The notes below the pieces were generated by a model. That model had not been told where the DNA came from. It saw only the letters and a program-made list of their open reading frames with translations, and did not search any database. A DNA stretch of 48,215 nt from Armatimonadota bacterium (GTDB lineage Bacteria > Armatimonadota > Fimbriimonadia > Fimbriimonadales > GBS-DC), in NCBI GenBank assembly GCA_039630445.1, contig JBCNVA010000014.1, forward strand, positions 1 to 48,215, given 5' to 3'. Below, piece by piece: positions 48,206-48,215 of the stretch (positions are counted from its first letter, which is position 1; the number at the start of each line of letters is the position of its first letter). Position numbers and translations under genes: made by a program.

Positions 48206-48215
48206 ATGGCAACGG
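48206..48215 (+). CDS. Start of the next gene, probably cytochrome c oxidase subunit I (truncated)
   Basis: ATG right after the coxB stop with SD GGAGG; identity rests on usual gene order only. Confidence 0.4.

Overview
GC-rich, gene-dense bacterial chromosome segment. Armatimonadota is the likely source (inference from the paired 'DDADLL..L..FG' dockerin-like C-termini, a prepilin/H-X9-DG protein and the gene mix). Housekeeping genes: folE2-znuC-znuB-vanZ, flgA-flgH, tRNA-Asn with an RluB-like pseudouridine synthase, acnA, lexA, a MacA/MacB-like pair, a D-Ala-D-Ala carboxypeptidase, nusA-ylxR, dnaX, pdxH, pyrG, and an alternative complex III (actA-G)-SCO-caa3 oxidase operon running off the right edge. 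No CRISPR array, transposase or prophage was found. The most interesting signals are non-coding or at gene junctions: (1) five strand-polarised 7/8-mer (GCGAA(A/G)TG-like) repeat tracts at gene junctions inside operons, some supplying stop or start codons; (2) a cytochrome oxidase subunit II gene whose apparent start codon reads AGG and which is in frame with the upstream SCO gene; (3) several families of REP/MITE-like palindromes; (4) widespread -10 boxes just upstream of start codons, some bidirectional; (5) candidate LexA, Rex/CRP and ECF sites and a rimP-leader-like attenuator before a nusA that lacks rimP and infB; (6) a dockerin-like/prepilin surface locus and a divergent deacetylase-fold orphan.
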